Shown: one piece after another, positions 10,283 through 20,800 of the stretch | How the letters are laid out: every line of letters begins with the position of its first letter | How positions within the stretch are numbered: the first letter of the stretch is position 1 | Source: Burkholderiales bacterium | GTDB lineage: Bacteria; Pseudomonadota; Gammaproteobacteria; Burkholderiales; Burkholderiaceae_C | DNA: 64,000 bases | Direction of reading: 5' to 3' | Assembly (NCBI GenBank): GCA_038245855.1 | Contig: JBBRSA010000015.1 | Span: forward strand, 8,920-72,919 | Program-made: the position numbers and the translations under genes | The notes under the pieces: model-generated | Databases searched by the model: none | What the model was told of the DNA's origin: nothing | Seen by the model: the letters and a program-made list of their open reading frames with translations, nothing else

Positions 10283-11662
10283 TCAGATCATCTGCTCGGG
10301 ACGAACCCATGCGTCAAACTGCGCGGCACTGACAAAACCCGAGGCCAGTGCGGCCTCGCGCAGGGTGCTGCCGCTAGTATGGGCCTGCTTGGCAATGTGT
10401 GCTGCACGGTCGTAGCCAATGTGCGGGGTGAGTGCGGTCACCAGCATCAAAGAGCGCCCCAGCGAATCGGCAATGCGCGTGCGATCTGGCTCCAAACCTT
10501 GCAAGCAATACGCATCCAAACTCTGCATGCTGTCGGCCAGCAAACGCACGCTTTGCAGAAAGTTGTGCGCAATCACCGGTTTGAACACGTTGAGCTCAAA
10601 ATTACCCATGGCGCCGCCCATACCGATGGCCACATCGTTGCCCATTACCTGGCAGCACACCATGGTCATGGCCTCGCATTGCGTGGGGTTGACTTTGCCC
10701 GGCATGATGGAGCTGCCGGGCTCGTTCTCGGGGATTTTCAGCTCACCCAGGCCGCAACGTGGGCCGCTGGCCAGCCAACGAATGTCGTTGGCAATTTTGA
10801 ACAAGGCCACCGCCAGCGTCTTGAGCGCGCCATGCGCTTGCACCAAGGGGTCGTGGCAGGCCAATGCGGCAAAGCGGTTTTCGGCACACGCGAACGCCAT
10901 ACCGGTTTCCAACGCCAGTTGCTGTGCCACACGGGCACCAAATTCGGGGTGGGTATTGAGACCGGTGCCCACCGCGGTGCCACCCACAGCGAGCGCCAGC
11001 AGAGCGGGCAGGCTGGCGGTGATGGCGTGGTCGGCATGGCGGAACTGGGCCACCCACCCGGATATTTCTTGCCCCAGCGTGAGGGGTGTGGCGTCTTGTA
11101 GGTGCGTTCGGCCGGTTTTGACGATGCTTGCAAAGTCGATGGCCTTGTGTTCCAACGTGGCCTGCATCGCCCGCAGTGCGGGCAGCAAATGGTGTTCGAT
11201 GGCGCCCACGGCGGCAACGTGCATGGCCGTTGGAAAAATGTCGTTGGACGATTGCCCCAGATTGACGTGGTCATTCGGGTGCACCCGCCGTGCAGCGCCC
11301 CGCTGGCCGCCCAACATCTGCGACGCCAGGTTTGCCAGCACCTCGTTCATGTTCATGTTGGTTTGGGTGCCCGACCCGGTTTGCCATACCGACAAGGGAA
11401 ACGCATCCCAGTGGGCACCCGCACGCACTGCGTCGGCCGCGCCGCAGATGGCGTCTGCGATGATGCCGTCCAGCAAGCCCAGCTCGCTGTTGACCACGGC
11501 ACCCAGGCGCTTGAGCTGCGCCAAGGCCCTGAGTAGCTCCACCGGCATGCGTTCGGTGGAGATATGAAAATGGAGCAGCGAGCGTTGGGTCTGGGCGCCC
11601 CACAAGGCGTTGTCATCGACCGCAATCGAACCCAGCGAGTCGGTCTCAAAACGGGTTGGCAT
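10283..11662 (-). CDS. fumC: class II fumarate hydratase
   Basis: 459 aa with the [16 protein letters not shown] signature and an [12 protein letters not shown]-terminus. Confidence 0.95.
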   Translation of the reverse strand: MPTRFETDSLGSIAVDDNALWGAQTQRSLLHFHISTERMPVELLRALAQLKRLGAVVNSELGLLDGIIADAICGAADAVRAGAHWDAFPLSVWQTGSGTQTNMNMNEVLANLASQMLGGQRGAARRVHPNDHVNLGQSSNDIFPTAMHVAAVGAIEHHLLPALRAMQATLEHKAIDFASIVKTGRTHLQDATPLTLGQEISGWVAQFRHADHAITASLPALLALAVGGTAVGTGLNTHPEFGARVAQQLALETGMAFACAENRFAALACHDPLVQAHGALKTLAVALFKIANDIRWLASGPRCGLGELKIPENEPGSSIMPGKVNPTQCEAMTMVCCQVMGNDVAIGMGGAMGNFELNVFKPVIAHNFLQSVRLLADSMQSLDAYCLQGLEPDRTRIADSLGRSLMLVTALTPHIGYDRAAHIAKQAHTSGSTLREAALASGFVSAAQFDAWVRPEQMI

Positions 11663-11686
11663 GGGAATTCCTTTTTCGTATCGACC

Positions 11687-13045
11687 TTAGGGCCACGCGG
11701 TAACGCGCCAGATGATGTTACCCACATCGTCGGCAACCAAAAGCGCGCCGCGCGTGTCTAACGCCACACCCACAGGGCGCCCATAGGCAGTTTTGGCCTC
11801 GCTCAAAAAGCCGGTCAACACGTCCAAGGGTTCGCCGGACGGCTTGCCGTCGGCGAAGGGAACGAAGATCACCTTGTAGCCACTGTGGGGGCGGCGGTTC
11901 CATGACCCATGTTGCCCAACGAACATGCCATTGGCAAAGGCCGTTGGCAGCGTGTTGCCGGCGGCAGCCGCCAGCCCGAGCGAGGCGGTGTGGGGGCCCA
12001 AGGCGTAGTCTGGCACCCGCGCACTGGCCACCAGGTCGGGCCGCGCTGGCTGCACCCGGGTATCGACATGCTGGCCAAAGTAGCTGTAGGGCCAGCCGTA
12101 AAAGTCGCCCTGGTGCACGCGGGTTAAGTAGTCGGGCACCAGGTCGCTGCCGAGTTCGTCGCGTTCATTCACCACGGTCCACAACGTATGGGTGGTGGGT
12201 TCCCACGCCATGCCGTTGGGGTTGCGCAGGCCGGAGGAAAAGACGCGGTGAGCACCGCTGGCAACATCGACCACCCAAATGGCGGCGCGGCCTGCCTCGG
12301 CTTCTATGCCGTTCTCTGCCACGTTGCTGTTAGAGCCTACCGTGACATAGAGTGTTTTACCGTCGGGGCTGGCGATGAGGTTTTTGGTCCAGTGGTGATT
12401 GATAGGCCCTGCGGGCAAATCAAGCACGGTGACGCCGGGGGTGGCAATGTGGGTGTCGCCGTCCGCGTAATCAAACCGAAGAACAGCGTCGGTATTGGCC
12501 ACAAAAAGATGCTTGCCCACCAGGGCCATGCCAAAGGGCGAGTGAAGCCCTTCTAGCAATACCGTGTGCAGATCGGCCACCCCATCGCCGTTGGTATCAC
12601 GCAAGAGAGAGATGCGGTCAGCGCTGGGCATACCGGCACCGGCCCACGCCATCACGATGCCCATCGCCCAGCCTTTGATGCCTTGGCCGTCAGCGGGGCG
12701 CTTGGGTGCGTTGCTTTCGGCCACCAGCACATCCCCGTTGGGCAACACGTAGACCCAGCGTGGGTGGCTCAACCCGCTGGCAAAGGCCTGCACCTGCATT
12801 CCCTGCGCGGCAAGCGGCGTTACGCCTGCCGGCCAGCCTTTGGCCGGTGCAATGTTCACCGTGGGAATCCAGCGGGTTTGGGGGCTGTCTAGCGTAGGAT
12901 TAGCGCCTACGCCCGCTGACACCGGGTGCTGCGCGATCTCGGTACAGGCCGTGAGGGCCGTGAGGGCCGTGAGGGCCGGTAGAGCAAGACGCAGGGCCAG
13001 CAAAACGGCACTGTTCCATGCACGGGTGAGCGAATGCGGGCGCAT
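11687..13045 (-). CDS. PQQ-dependent sugar dehydrogenase (sorbosone dehydrogenase family) lipoprotein
   Basis: Signal peptide with lipobox [16 protein letters not shown] and [10 protein letters not shown] are typical of soluble PQQ glucose/sorbosone dehydrogenases. Confidence 0.8.
   Translation of the reverse strand: MRPHSLTRAWNSAVLLALRLALPALTALTALTACTEIAQHPVSAGVGANPTLDSPQTRWIPTVNIAPAKGWPAGVTPLAAQGMQVQAFASGLSHPRWVYVLPNGDVLVAESNAPKRPADGQGIKGWAMGIVMAWAGAGMPSADRISLLRDTNGDGVADLHTVLLEGLHSPFGMALVGKHLFVANTDAVLRFDYADGDTHIATPGVTVLDLPAGPINHHWTKNLIASPDGKTLYVTVGSNSNVAENGIEAEAGRAAIWVVDVASGAHRVFSSGLRNPNGMAWEPTTHTLWTVVNERDELGSDLVPDYLTRVHQGDFYGWPYSYFGQHVDTRVQPARPDLVASARVPDYALGPHTASLGLAAAAGNTLPTAFANGMFVGQHGSWNRRPHSGYKVIFVPFADGKPSGEPLDVLTGFLSEAKTAYGRPVGVALDTRGALLVADDVGNIIWRVTAWP
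12951..12977. repeat. 3 x 9-bp perfect tandem repeat GTGAGGGCC
   Basis: gtgagggcc gtgagggcc gtgagggcc. Encodes ALTALTALT in the signal-peptide h-region of the dehydrogenase. Confidence 0.9.
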
Positions 13046-13073
13046 GGTAATCCTCCGTTAGGCGTTGAATCCG

Positions 13074-13631
13074 TTATGCGTTGGAGGGTATGTGCTGCAG
13101 CAGGTCTGCCAGCTCATCGGCGTGCTCTTCTTCTACCGCCAAAATGGACTCCAGCATGCGCCGCGTGGTGGGGTCTTGATCGCCCAGGTAGGCAATGCTT
13201 TCGCGGTAGCTGTCAATGGCAATGCGTTCGGCCACCAGATTTTCTTTGATCATGTCGGCCAGTGTGACGCCCTCTACATATTCGGCGTGGCTGCGCCCCA
13301 GCAAGGTGGCCGGAGAAAAGTCTGGCGCGCCCCCTAATTGCACGATACGCGCCGCCAATTGGTCCGCATGGCCTTGCTCTTCGTTGGAGTGGGTCAAAAA
13401 TTCTGCGGCAAGGGCTTGGGAATGAATGCCACGGGCCATGAAATGGTGGCGGCGGTAGCGCAGCACGCACACCAGTTCTGTGGCCAGAGAATCGTTGAGC
13501 ATGCTGATCACCGCTTTGCAATCGGCCTTGTAGCCCGCCGTGACGGCGCCTGCCTCTATGTGTTGGCGTGCTTGCTCGCGCAACATGGTCACCGAGGTGG
13601 GTGTCAGTTTTGGTTTGTTGGTGGTGGTCAT
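13074..13631 (-). CDS. bacterioferritin-like ferritin-domain protein
   Basis: 185 aa. LNDSLATELVCVLRYRRHHF...EEQGHADQL...EEEHADEL matches the Bfr/ferritin di-iron helix pattern. Confidence 0.75.
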   Translation of the reverse strand: MTTTNKPKLTPTSVTMLREQARQHIEAGAVTAGYKADCKAVISMLNDSLATELVCVLRYRRHHFMARGIHSQALAAEFLTHSNEEQGHADQLAARIVQLGGAPDFSPATLLGRSHAEYVEGVTLADMIKENLVAERIAIDSYRESIAYLGDQDPTTRRMLESILAVEEEHADELADLLQHIPSNA

Positions 13632-13694
13632 GAAAGCCTTATAAAAAGTAGTAAAAACACCCGCACCATCATGGGATTTTCAGACCGTGGTGTC

Positions 13695-13710
13695 TGTGCG
13701 GTACAGCACA
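13695..13710 (-). promoter_or_regulatory. CRP-type palindrome box 3 (TGTGCGGTACAGCACA) upstream of the ferritin-like/dehydrogenase/fumC/acnA string
   Basis: Perfect arms. On the - strand it is followed by GAC and, 21 nt on, by CATGAT (rc of 13668-13673). 64 nt upstream of ATG 13631. Confidence 0.6.
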
Positions 13711-13718
13711 CGAGCGCT

Positions 13719-15725
13719 TTACACGTTCGCGGTAGCGGGGGGCCAAAAGAAACTCAAAGGTGCATGCCGCAGGCGTTGAAAGATGGCGGAGCGAACATGC
13801 GCGCGTGCATTGCGCGAGAGGCTTCGCGCCTGCAGTGCCACGCGAAAAGCCAGGTAAAAACTGACGGTCAGGTTCAGTGCACCAATGAATGGAATGGTGG
13901 CCACTGCCCACCACAGCGCGGGGTTGTACACCACGCTCCAACCCAGGCTGGCGCAGGCAGCGCCCAGTTGACCGGCGGAGAGGGTGACGTGGCGCACGTC
14001 CAGCCCAAGGCCAAAGAAGCCCATGATGGAGGGAACCAGCCCCAGCATAAAACCCAACGAAACATTGGAGTACAAGCCCGAAATGTTGTGCCGCAAAAAG
14101 TGCGCCCAGCGGTTGGCACGAGATGCGCCCAGGTACCGGGTGATGCGCGGGTTGTAGCGAATGGCCGAGTCCAGGCGGTGCAGCACGAACCAGTTCTCTG
14201 CCCACCCGCCAATGAGGCTGCTAAAAAATAGCAAGACTCCGGTAAACGCAGCAAACAGCACCGAGGGCCCCCACAGCACCAGAGACTCAAAAACATGGGC
14301 CGCGTGCGCCGCATCAATCATGGGGCTGGCGCTGACCCCTTGGTAAAGCACTGCAAGGAGGATAGTCGCCGGAAACACGACCACCACGTTACCCAGCACC
14401 GCCGCAATTTGTGAACGCACGAGGTGGGACACTTCATCGACAAAACCCGTTAACGTGGTTGCATCGTATGCCGTGACGTCCTGCAGTTTGGCGGCCATGG
14501 CGGGGGCCGTCATGGCGGGCTGCTTGGTGGCCAGCGTGAAGTGGCAGAGCTGAATCGCGACAAAGCTGACCGCGTAGACCACACCCGCCCAAAAGCCAAA
14601 CCAAAATGCGGATAAGCCGATGGCCATCACCCCAAATTTCAGGGCGGTGGTGAATGCGGTGAGTGCCCCGCCCCCAGCGGCCTGACCCAGCATGGTGCGG
14701 TATTCGCCCTGGTTGCGGGTAATGTAATGTTCGCCGGTCTCAGAACTGCTCTCAGCGACTTTGGCCGCCAAGATGGAACTGCTGTAGGTCACCAATGCAC
14801 GCAGGCTTTGTTGGCTCTGGCCCAAGCTCGCCAGTTGTGAAATAAGACGTGCGCATTGGGTGTGTTCGCGGTCATCTATCAAACAATCCAGCAATAGGCG
14901 AATACGCAAAACCCGTTCCCGCAACTGGCGCAGGCGAAACACCAGATCCATGGAAACACCATGCGCGTCCAAATGGCCGTACACCGAAGCGGCCGCTTGG
15001 CGACAGGCGTCAAGGCGCGCTTTGAAATGCACCACCGTCTGCGCCAGATCGTCTTCGTTTTGCAGCGCCAAGCGGACAGCGTCGAAATCGGAATCCAGCC
15101 GCTGAAAGGGGTTGGACTCGCGATGCAACGCGTGCATACGCAGACGCAATTCCGGCGAAAAACCCGCCGCCCGAATCTGGCTGGTGCAGTAGGTAATGGC
15201 GTCCACAAGGGCGTTTTGCCAGTGCGTCAGCGCCGGGGCATCCTGCGCTACGAATGCCTCTGCTGGCAACGTCAGCAATTGCGCCAATCGGCCTAAAGCA
15301 GGCGCTTGCAGCAATGCAAGCCATTGTGCATCGTGGGCCTTGTGCAGACACAGGCCAAAAAGCTCACCGGCATCGATCGTTTCGGGCGACGCAGGCAGAA
15401 TTTTCTTGTGAAACCGTTCTATGAATTCACTGACAAATGCGTTGCGCGAGGCAAAACCATAGTCACAGAGCAGCAAGCTGGTGTCGACCGTGGTGCATAC
15501 CCGTGCCCACAGCTGTTGCACACGTTCTTTGGCGTGGGGGCGTGCGTCCAGCGTATTGAGCAGCAAATCCACCCGGGCGACCGAGGCGGCGGCTGAACTT
15601 TCGCTGCCACGAATCCAGTCCAGCACCTCAATGAGCCACAAGTGACGGTGCACCAAGTCGGCGTTCGAATCCAGATCGTCCAGCAGTTCAATCAGGGCTG
15701 GATCAGGCTCATTTGGGTGGTTCAT
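13719..15725 (-). CDS. polytopic membrane protein of the family annotated as 'site-specific recombinase' (PF10136-like); real function doubtful
   Basis: 668 aa with a soluble helical N-half and several hydrophobic helices in the C-half. Family recognised from memory only. Confidence 0.65.
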   Translation of the reverse strand: MNHPNEPDPALIELLDDLDSNADLVHRHLWLIEVLDWIRGSESSAAASVARVDLLLNTLDARPHAKERVQQLWARVCTTVDTSLLLCDYGFASRNAFVSEFIERFHKKILPASPETIDAGELFGLCLHKAHDAQWLALLQAPALGRLAQLLTLPAEAFVAQDAPALTHWQNALVDAITYCTSQIRAAGFSPELRLRMHALHRESNPFQRLDSDFDAVRLALQNEDDLAQTVVHFKARLDACRQAAASVYGHLDAHGVSMDLVFRLRQLRERVLRIRLLLDCLIDDREHTQCARLISQLASLGQSQQSLRALVTYSSSILAAKVAESSSETGEHYITRNQGEYRTMLGQAAGGGALTAFTTALKFGVMAIGLSAFWFGFWAGVVYAVSFVAIQLCHFTLATKQPAMTAPAMAAKLQDVTAYDATTLTGFVDEVSHLVRSQIAAVLGNVVVVFPATILLAVLYQGVSASPMIDAAHAAHVFESLVLWGPSVLFAAFTGVLLFFSSLIGGWAENWFVLHRLDSAIRYNPRITRYLGASRANRWAHFLRHNISGLYSNVSLGFMLGLVPSIMGFFGLGLDVRHVTLSAGQLGAACASLGWSVVYNPALWWAVATIPFIGALNLTVSFYLAFRVALQARSLSRNARAHVRSAIFQRLRHAPLSFFWPPATANV

Positions 15726-15794
15726 AGGTGCAATAAGAGAGCGTTAGCCTTTGGATTCAAAGAGCGCATCATGCTGTGCTGCCGCGCGCGCCGC

Positions 15795-15810
15795 TGTGCG
15801 TTGGCATACA
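15795..15810. promoter_or_regulatory. CRP-type palindrome box 4 (TGTGCGTTGGCATACA), bidirectional candidate
   Basis: + side: GAC, then TACCGT at 15832-15837 (SGNH hydrolase). - side: CATGAT (rc of 15768-15773) (PF10136-like gene). Both are 21 nt away. Confidence 0.5.
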
Positions 15811-15846
15811 GACGCCACGGCGTTGCAACGGTACCGTGCGTGCCAT

Positions 15847-16584
15847 ATGGCTAGCTTTAAACGATATTTTTTGCTCATTCTCCTGAGTCCCATTCTTTGG
15901 TTGCAGGGAAAGCATGTGCGCCGGGTGACCCCCTTATTGCCCGAGGCACAGGGCCCGCGCCAAGGCACGTCAGGCGAGGGGCCGCCTCTTTCTATTTTGG
16001 TGGCCGGTGACTCGGGCGCGGCCGGCGTGGGGGTAGCCCGCCAAGACGAAGCTTTGTGCGGGCAACTGCTGCAACGCCTGGGCACGCAGCGCACGGTTCA
16101 CTGGCAACTGATGGCGCGGTCGGGCCTGGATTCACCGGGTTTGCTCAAACTGTTGGGCTGTGCGTTGGAAAAACAGTACGACGTTGTCATTTTGTGCGTT
16201 GGGGTGAACGACGCAACCGCGCTGCGCTCACCAGCCCAATGGCTGAAGTGGCAGGAACAGTTGGCCGAGCTGGTGCAGGAGCGGTTTAAGCCCGAGTTGT
16301 TAATTCACAGCGCCATGCCACCCATGCATGGCTTTAGGGCGTTGCCCCAGCCTCTGCGTTGGTTTATGGGGCGTTGGGCCCATGAAATGAACCAGCAACT
16401 GGCCAGCGTGTTGCCGATATTGGGCCAACGCGTTATGACGCGACCTTACCAAGGCGCGGTGCCGGAATGCTTGGCAACCGATGGGTTTCATCCGGGGCGC
16501 AAAGGCTACGCCGTGTGGGCCGAGGCCTTCAGTGCGCAGATTTTGGCGCATGGGGCCCCCATGGAGACGCTTCGGCGCAAATAG
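15847..16584 (+). CDS. SGNH/GDSL hydrolase family protein
   Basis: ILVAGDSGAAGVG (GDS block) and DGFHPG (DxxH block). ATG 15847 is the only Met before the hydrophobic N-terminus. Confidence 0.8.
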   Translation: MASFKRYFLLILLSPILWLQGKHVRRVTPLLPEAQGPRQGTSGEGPPLSILVAGDSGAAGVGVARQDEALCGQLLQRLGTQRTVHWQLMARSGLDSPGLLKLLGCALEKQYDVVILCVGVNDATALRSPAQWLKWQEQLAELVQERFKPELLIHSAMPPMHGFRALPQPLRWFMGRWAHEMNQQLASVLPILGQRVMTRPYQGAVPECLATDGFHPGRKGYAVWAEAFSAQILAHGAPMETLRRK

Positions 16585-17460
16585 ATGAGACGCCTGATTG
16601 TTCTTTGCACCGCGTTGTTCGCGTGGACGGCGAATGCCGGGGCCGGTTCGCCCGCGCAGTTGCTCGCCCGTTACCAGACACTGGCCCCACGGCTACAAAA
16701 AAATGCATTTCAGCAGCCTTTGGTGCTGGACTCCCGTGAAACGCAGCAGCGCCTCACGGGGGATGTTCATGCCGTGGTGGCCTACCCTTTTAGTGCGGTC
16801 AGTGCAGCTTTGAACGACCCACAGCATTGGTGTGACGTCATTTCTTTGCATTTCAACACCAAATACTGTCGGCCCCGTGTCACGCCGGGGGGCAGCCAAC
16901 TGCGGGTGCGAATGGGGACTAAAAATCCGCAAGAGTTGTCTCAGACGGAACAGCTCATGTTGCAGTACGCGGCCCTCGACGCGACGGCGCAGTACCTGCA
17001 CATTCAACTGGATGCGAAAGACGGGCCGATGGGCACCAGCGACTACCGAATCGTGCTGGAAGCCGTTCCACTACCCAACGGAACAACGTTTTTGCACCTG
17101 TCCTATTCTTACGGTACGGGCTTTGCCGGCCGACTGGCCATGCAGACCTACCTGCTCACCATTGGTCGCGGGAAAGTGGGATTTACCGAAGTGGGAAAAC
17201 GCGCCAACGGCGAGGTGGTGTACGTTGACGGCGTGCGGGGTGTGGCAGAGCGCAACACCATGCGCTATTACTTGGCGATTGATGCACTACTAGAGTCCAT
17301 GCGCGTTCCACCCACATCGCAGTTTGAAAAGCGCTTGCAAAGTTGGTTCTCCGCCACGGAGCGTTACCCCCTTCAATTGCATGAACTTGATCGAGGCGAG
17401 TACGTGGCCATGAAGCGTGCGGAACATGCCCGTGAAATGGCGGGCACCCCGTCGGATTGA
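16585..17460 (+). CDS. secreted hypothetical protein
   Basis: ATG directly follows the TAG of the previous gene. Signal peptide MRRLIVLCTALFAWTANAG. No family recognised. Confidence 0.7.
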   Translation: MRRLIVLCTALFAWTANAGAGSPAQLLARYQTLAPRLQKNAFQQPLVLDSRETQQRLTGDVHAVVAYPFSAVSAALNDPQHWCDVISLHFNTKYCRPRVTPGGSQLRVRMGTKNPQELSQTEQLMLQYAALDATAQYLHIQLDAKDGPMGTSDYRIVLEAVPLPNGTTFLHLSYSYGTGFAGRLAMQTYLLTIGRGKVGFTEVGKRANGEVVYVDGVRGVAERNTMRYYLAIDALLESMRVPPTSQFEKRLQSWFSATERYPLQLHELDRGEYVAMKRAEHAREMAGTPSD

Positions 17461-17499
17461 CCGCACCGCCCCACGGCACAAATTCACCGGTAGGCCGTC

Positions 17500-17515
17500 T
17501 GTTTGCTAGCGCACG
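17500..17515 (+). promoter_or_regulatory. CRP-type palindrome box 5, degenerate (TGTTTGCTAGCGCACG)
   Basis: GCTAGC spacer, followed by GAC, then GATGCT at 17537-17542 (21 nt). Upstream of the DUF3309 gene. Confidence 0.4.
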
Positions 17516-17589
17516 GACGACTTTGGATGCTGATGCGATGCTCAGACCCGTTCATTGCTGTCGGTGGACACTACTACAAGGAAAATCTC

Positions 17590-17748
17590 ATGAGTCTGGG
17601 AACCATACTATTAATCGTTTTAATTCTTTTGCTGATCGGAGCCTTCCCGAGCTGGCCCCATAGCCGAAGCTGGGGCTACGGACCCAGTGGTGGCTTGGGG
17701 TTGGTGGTGATCATCCTCATCGTGCTCTTGCTGATGGGACGTTTGTAA
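17590..17748 (+). CDS. DUF3309 family small membrane protein (52 aa)
   Basis: AAGGA RBS. MSLGTILLIVLILLLIGAFPSWPHSRSWGYGPSGGLGLVVIILIVLLLMGRL matches the family signature PxWPxSRxWGYxPSGG. Confidence 0.75.
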   Translation: MSLGTILLIVLILLLIGAFPSWPHSRSWGYGPSGGLGLVVIILIVLLLMGRL

Positions 17749-17783
17749 CCGGTTCAATTGCACACTCAGTTGCACTCTAAGCA

Positions 17784-17815
17784 CGGACTTGCCAGTCCGC
17801 GCTTTTTCTTTTTAA
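17784..17815 (+). terminator. Rho-independent terminator after the DUF3309 gene
   Basis: CGGACT-tgcc-AGTCCG hairpin followed by cgcTTTTTcTTTTT. Confidence 0.6.
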
Positions 17816-20800
17816 GTCCCGCCTATCGTGATCACATTCACTGCCACGGCGTGGGCCACCTGATCGTCGATCAAGGTCGCTGCGGCACTCGGCTGCACCA
17901 GCCCATCGACCGTCACCTGCACGGCCGCTGTGGGGCCGTGTGTTTGCACCACCACAATCGTGTACGGCGTTGTGCGGTAACGGTAGTGCACCGTAAAGCC
18001 TGCCCACGCTACCGGGATACAAGGCTTGATGCGCAGTTGCCCCGCTTCAATGTGCAGCCCCAGTAGCGACTCCAGAACCAAGCGGTACATCCAGCTGGCC
18101 GAGCCGGTGTACCAGGTCCACCCACCACGCCCGGTATGGGGCGCGACGGCATAGACATCGGCGGCAACCACATAGGGCTCGGCCTTGTAGGTAGCTATTG
18201 TTTCAGCGTCGCTTCCGTGGTGCACCGGATTGATCAAATCAAAGCATTCCCACGCCCTACGGCTGTCGCCTGATGCGGCAAATGCCATGGTGGCCCAGAT
18301 GGCCGCATGGGTGTATTGCCCACCGTTTTCCCGCACGCCCGGTACATAGCCTTTGATGTAGCCGGGGTTCATGGCTGCGGTGTTGAACGGCGGGTCTAGC
18401 AACTGGATCAGCGCGTTGTCGCGGCGCACCAGTCGCTGGTCTAGCGCGTTCATTGCGGTGCGCGAACGCTCTGGGTCACCTGCGCCCGACAGCACCGACC
18501 AGCTTTGGGAAATGGAGTCAATCTGGCATTCGGCGTTGGCAGACGAGCCTAGGGGTGTGCCGTCGTCAAAATACGCGCGCCGGTACCAGCCACCGTCCCA
18601 CCCGTGCTGGTCAATGGCTTGGCGCAATTGCTCGGCTTGCGCCAGGCATTCCTGTGCAAAGGCTTCATCACCATGTGCACGCGCCACGGGGCTGAAGCGC
18701 ACCAAGGTATCAAAGAGGAAGAAGGCCAGCCACACGCTTTCGCCCTGGCCCTTTATGCCGACCAAATTCATGCCGTCGTTCCAGTCTCCGGTGCCCATGA
18801 GGGGCAGTCCGTGCACCCCTTTGGGTAAGCCCCGCAAAATGGCCCGCACACAGTGTTCGTACAGCGTTGCCGTAGCGGTGGATTGGCTGGGCAAGTCGTA
18901 GTACGAGTCCTCCTCGGGCGGTACCGGGCGACCTTCGAGAAAGGCAACCGATTCATTGAGCACACCCGTGTCGCTGGTGGCCTGTACGTAGCGGCATGTC
19001 GCTTGGGGCAGCCACAAAAAATCGTCTGAGCAATGGGTGCGCACGCCCCGGCCCTGTGGCGGGTGCCACCAGTGTTGGACATCGCCCTCGATAAACTGGC
19101 GCGACGCACAGCGTAGCAAGTGCTCGCGCAGCAGGTGTGGGGCGGTGTGAACCAGGGCCATCGCGTCTTGCAGTTGGTCGCGGAAACCAAACGCACCGCC
19201 CGACTGGTAGTACCCGCTGCGGGCCCACAACCGACAGGCAATCGTTTGGTACAGCAACCAGCCGTTGGCCAGCACGTTTAGTGCTGCGTCGGGCGTGTTG
19301 ACCTGCACGGCGCCCAGGGTCTGTTCCCAGTAGGCGTGTACGGCGGGCAACACCTGCCGTGAGGCATCGGGGTCGCGCAGTGAATGGACCATCGCTCTGG
19401 CATCGTCAATACCCCGGCGCCCTGCGGCCCCGAGTCGGAACGTGATTTCGCGCTCTTGGCCGTCGGCCAATTCGAATGGCACTTGTATGGCGGCGCAGGG
19501 GTCCAGGCCTGCCCCCACCTTATTGGAGAGTCTGGCCCGCGTCATTGCAGCCGGGTTGGCCAGCGTTGCGTTGCGCCCGACAAACTCGCGGCGGTCTGCG
19601 CAAACGGTCACAAATGGCATTTGTGTCGCGCCATCGGCGTCGAAAAAGGCCACCCGGTCTGCAAATTCGGGGCTGTAGGGGTTGCGCGCCAAAATGGCGC
19701 CGCTAATGGGCTCTACTTCAGTGGTGACGTGCATGGCCGTTTTGGACTGCAAATCGCCCAGAACCCACTCGACATAGCCGGTTGCCGACAGTCTGCGTGG
19801 GCGTCCCGATTGGTTACGCACCTTGAGCCGTGAAAATTTGATGGCGGCATCCACGTCCACATAGATGGAGAGTTCTGAGTGAATGCCGTCTTCTTCGTGC
19901 TCAAACACGCTGTAGCCAAAGCCATGTCGGGTGGTGTACGGGGCCGTGCCGCCGCACGGCAGCGGCGTGGGTGACCAAAATAGCCCGGTGTCTTCATCGC
20001 GCAGGTAGATGGCCTCGCCACCGCCGTCGCTGACGGGGTCATTGCTCCAGGGCGTGTAGCGAAATTCATGGGCATTTTCGCTCCAGGTGTAAGCCGAACC
20101 GGACTCGGATATGACGGTTCCGAACCGGTCATTCGCAATCACGTTCACCCACGGTGCGGGGGTGGCTTGACCGCGCGCCGTGGTGATCACGTATTCGCGG
20201 CCATCGGGTGAAAAACCGCCTATGCCGTTGAAGAAGAGCAAGTCACGTGGCGCCACCACGCTGTTGTCTGTGGGGTCTAGGCGGTGTGTCCGGTTGAAGG
20301 CTTGCCGCACAAGGGCGGGTTCGCGTGTTTCCTTCGCACTGCGGCGGTTGACCTGGTCCGTCAGGCTGCCCCGAGTGTCGGTGATGATCACACGGGCGAC
20401 CGTCTGGAACAGGGCGCGGTCTTCGATCGAGATCTGTTCAGCGATCCGTACAAAAATGCCACCAGGCCGGTCGGTGTAGTTCGCCTCCACACCGGCAGAG
20501 ATCAAACCCATGATCTGTTCTTGCAGAAGCTGGCGGTATCCGGCGTGGTCTTCGTTCCAGATCACCAGGTCCACGATCAGGCCCTTCAAGCGCCAATAGG
20601 CGTGGGCCTGCACCAACTGCCGAACCAGTTCGATATTGTCTTGACTGCCGATTTGCAGCAACACAATTGGCAAATCGCCCGATATGCCGTAGCCCCACAG
20701 GCCGGACTGGCCCCTGCGGTTGCGTTTGAGCACGTCGGCATCGCCGCGTTGTGCCGGATTGGCGTAGATAACGGAGCTGGCCAACCGCCCATAGAGCTGT

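Noticed and set aside
9225-10415. 396-aa plus-strand ORF, together with many similar 60-400-aa ORFs in the track (for example 1313-1960, 2165-2977, 8148-8612, 10379-11101, 13338-14231, 51153-52145).
   Set aside because: They lie antisense to or out of frame with strongly recognisable genes (acnA, fumC, cheB/R, thiC and others). Their Arg/Gly/His-rich translations are typical of shadow ORFs in high-GC DNA.
13719-15725. Possible mobile element, because the protein family is named site-specific recombinase.
   Set aside because: No integrase, transposase or resolvase motifs, no flanking repeats, no att-like tRNA. The protein is a polytopic membrane protein. I saw no mobile element, prophage, CRISPR array, tRNA or rRNA anywhere in the window.
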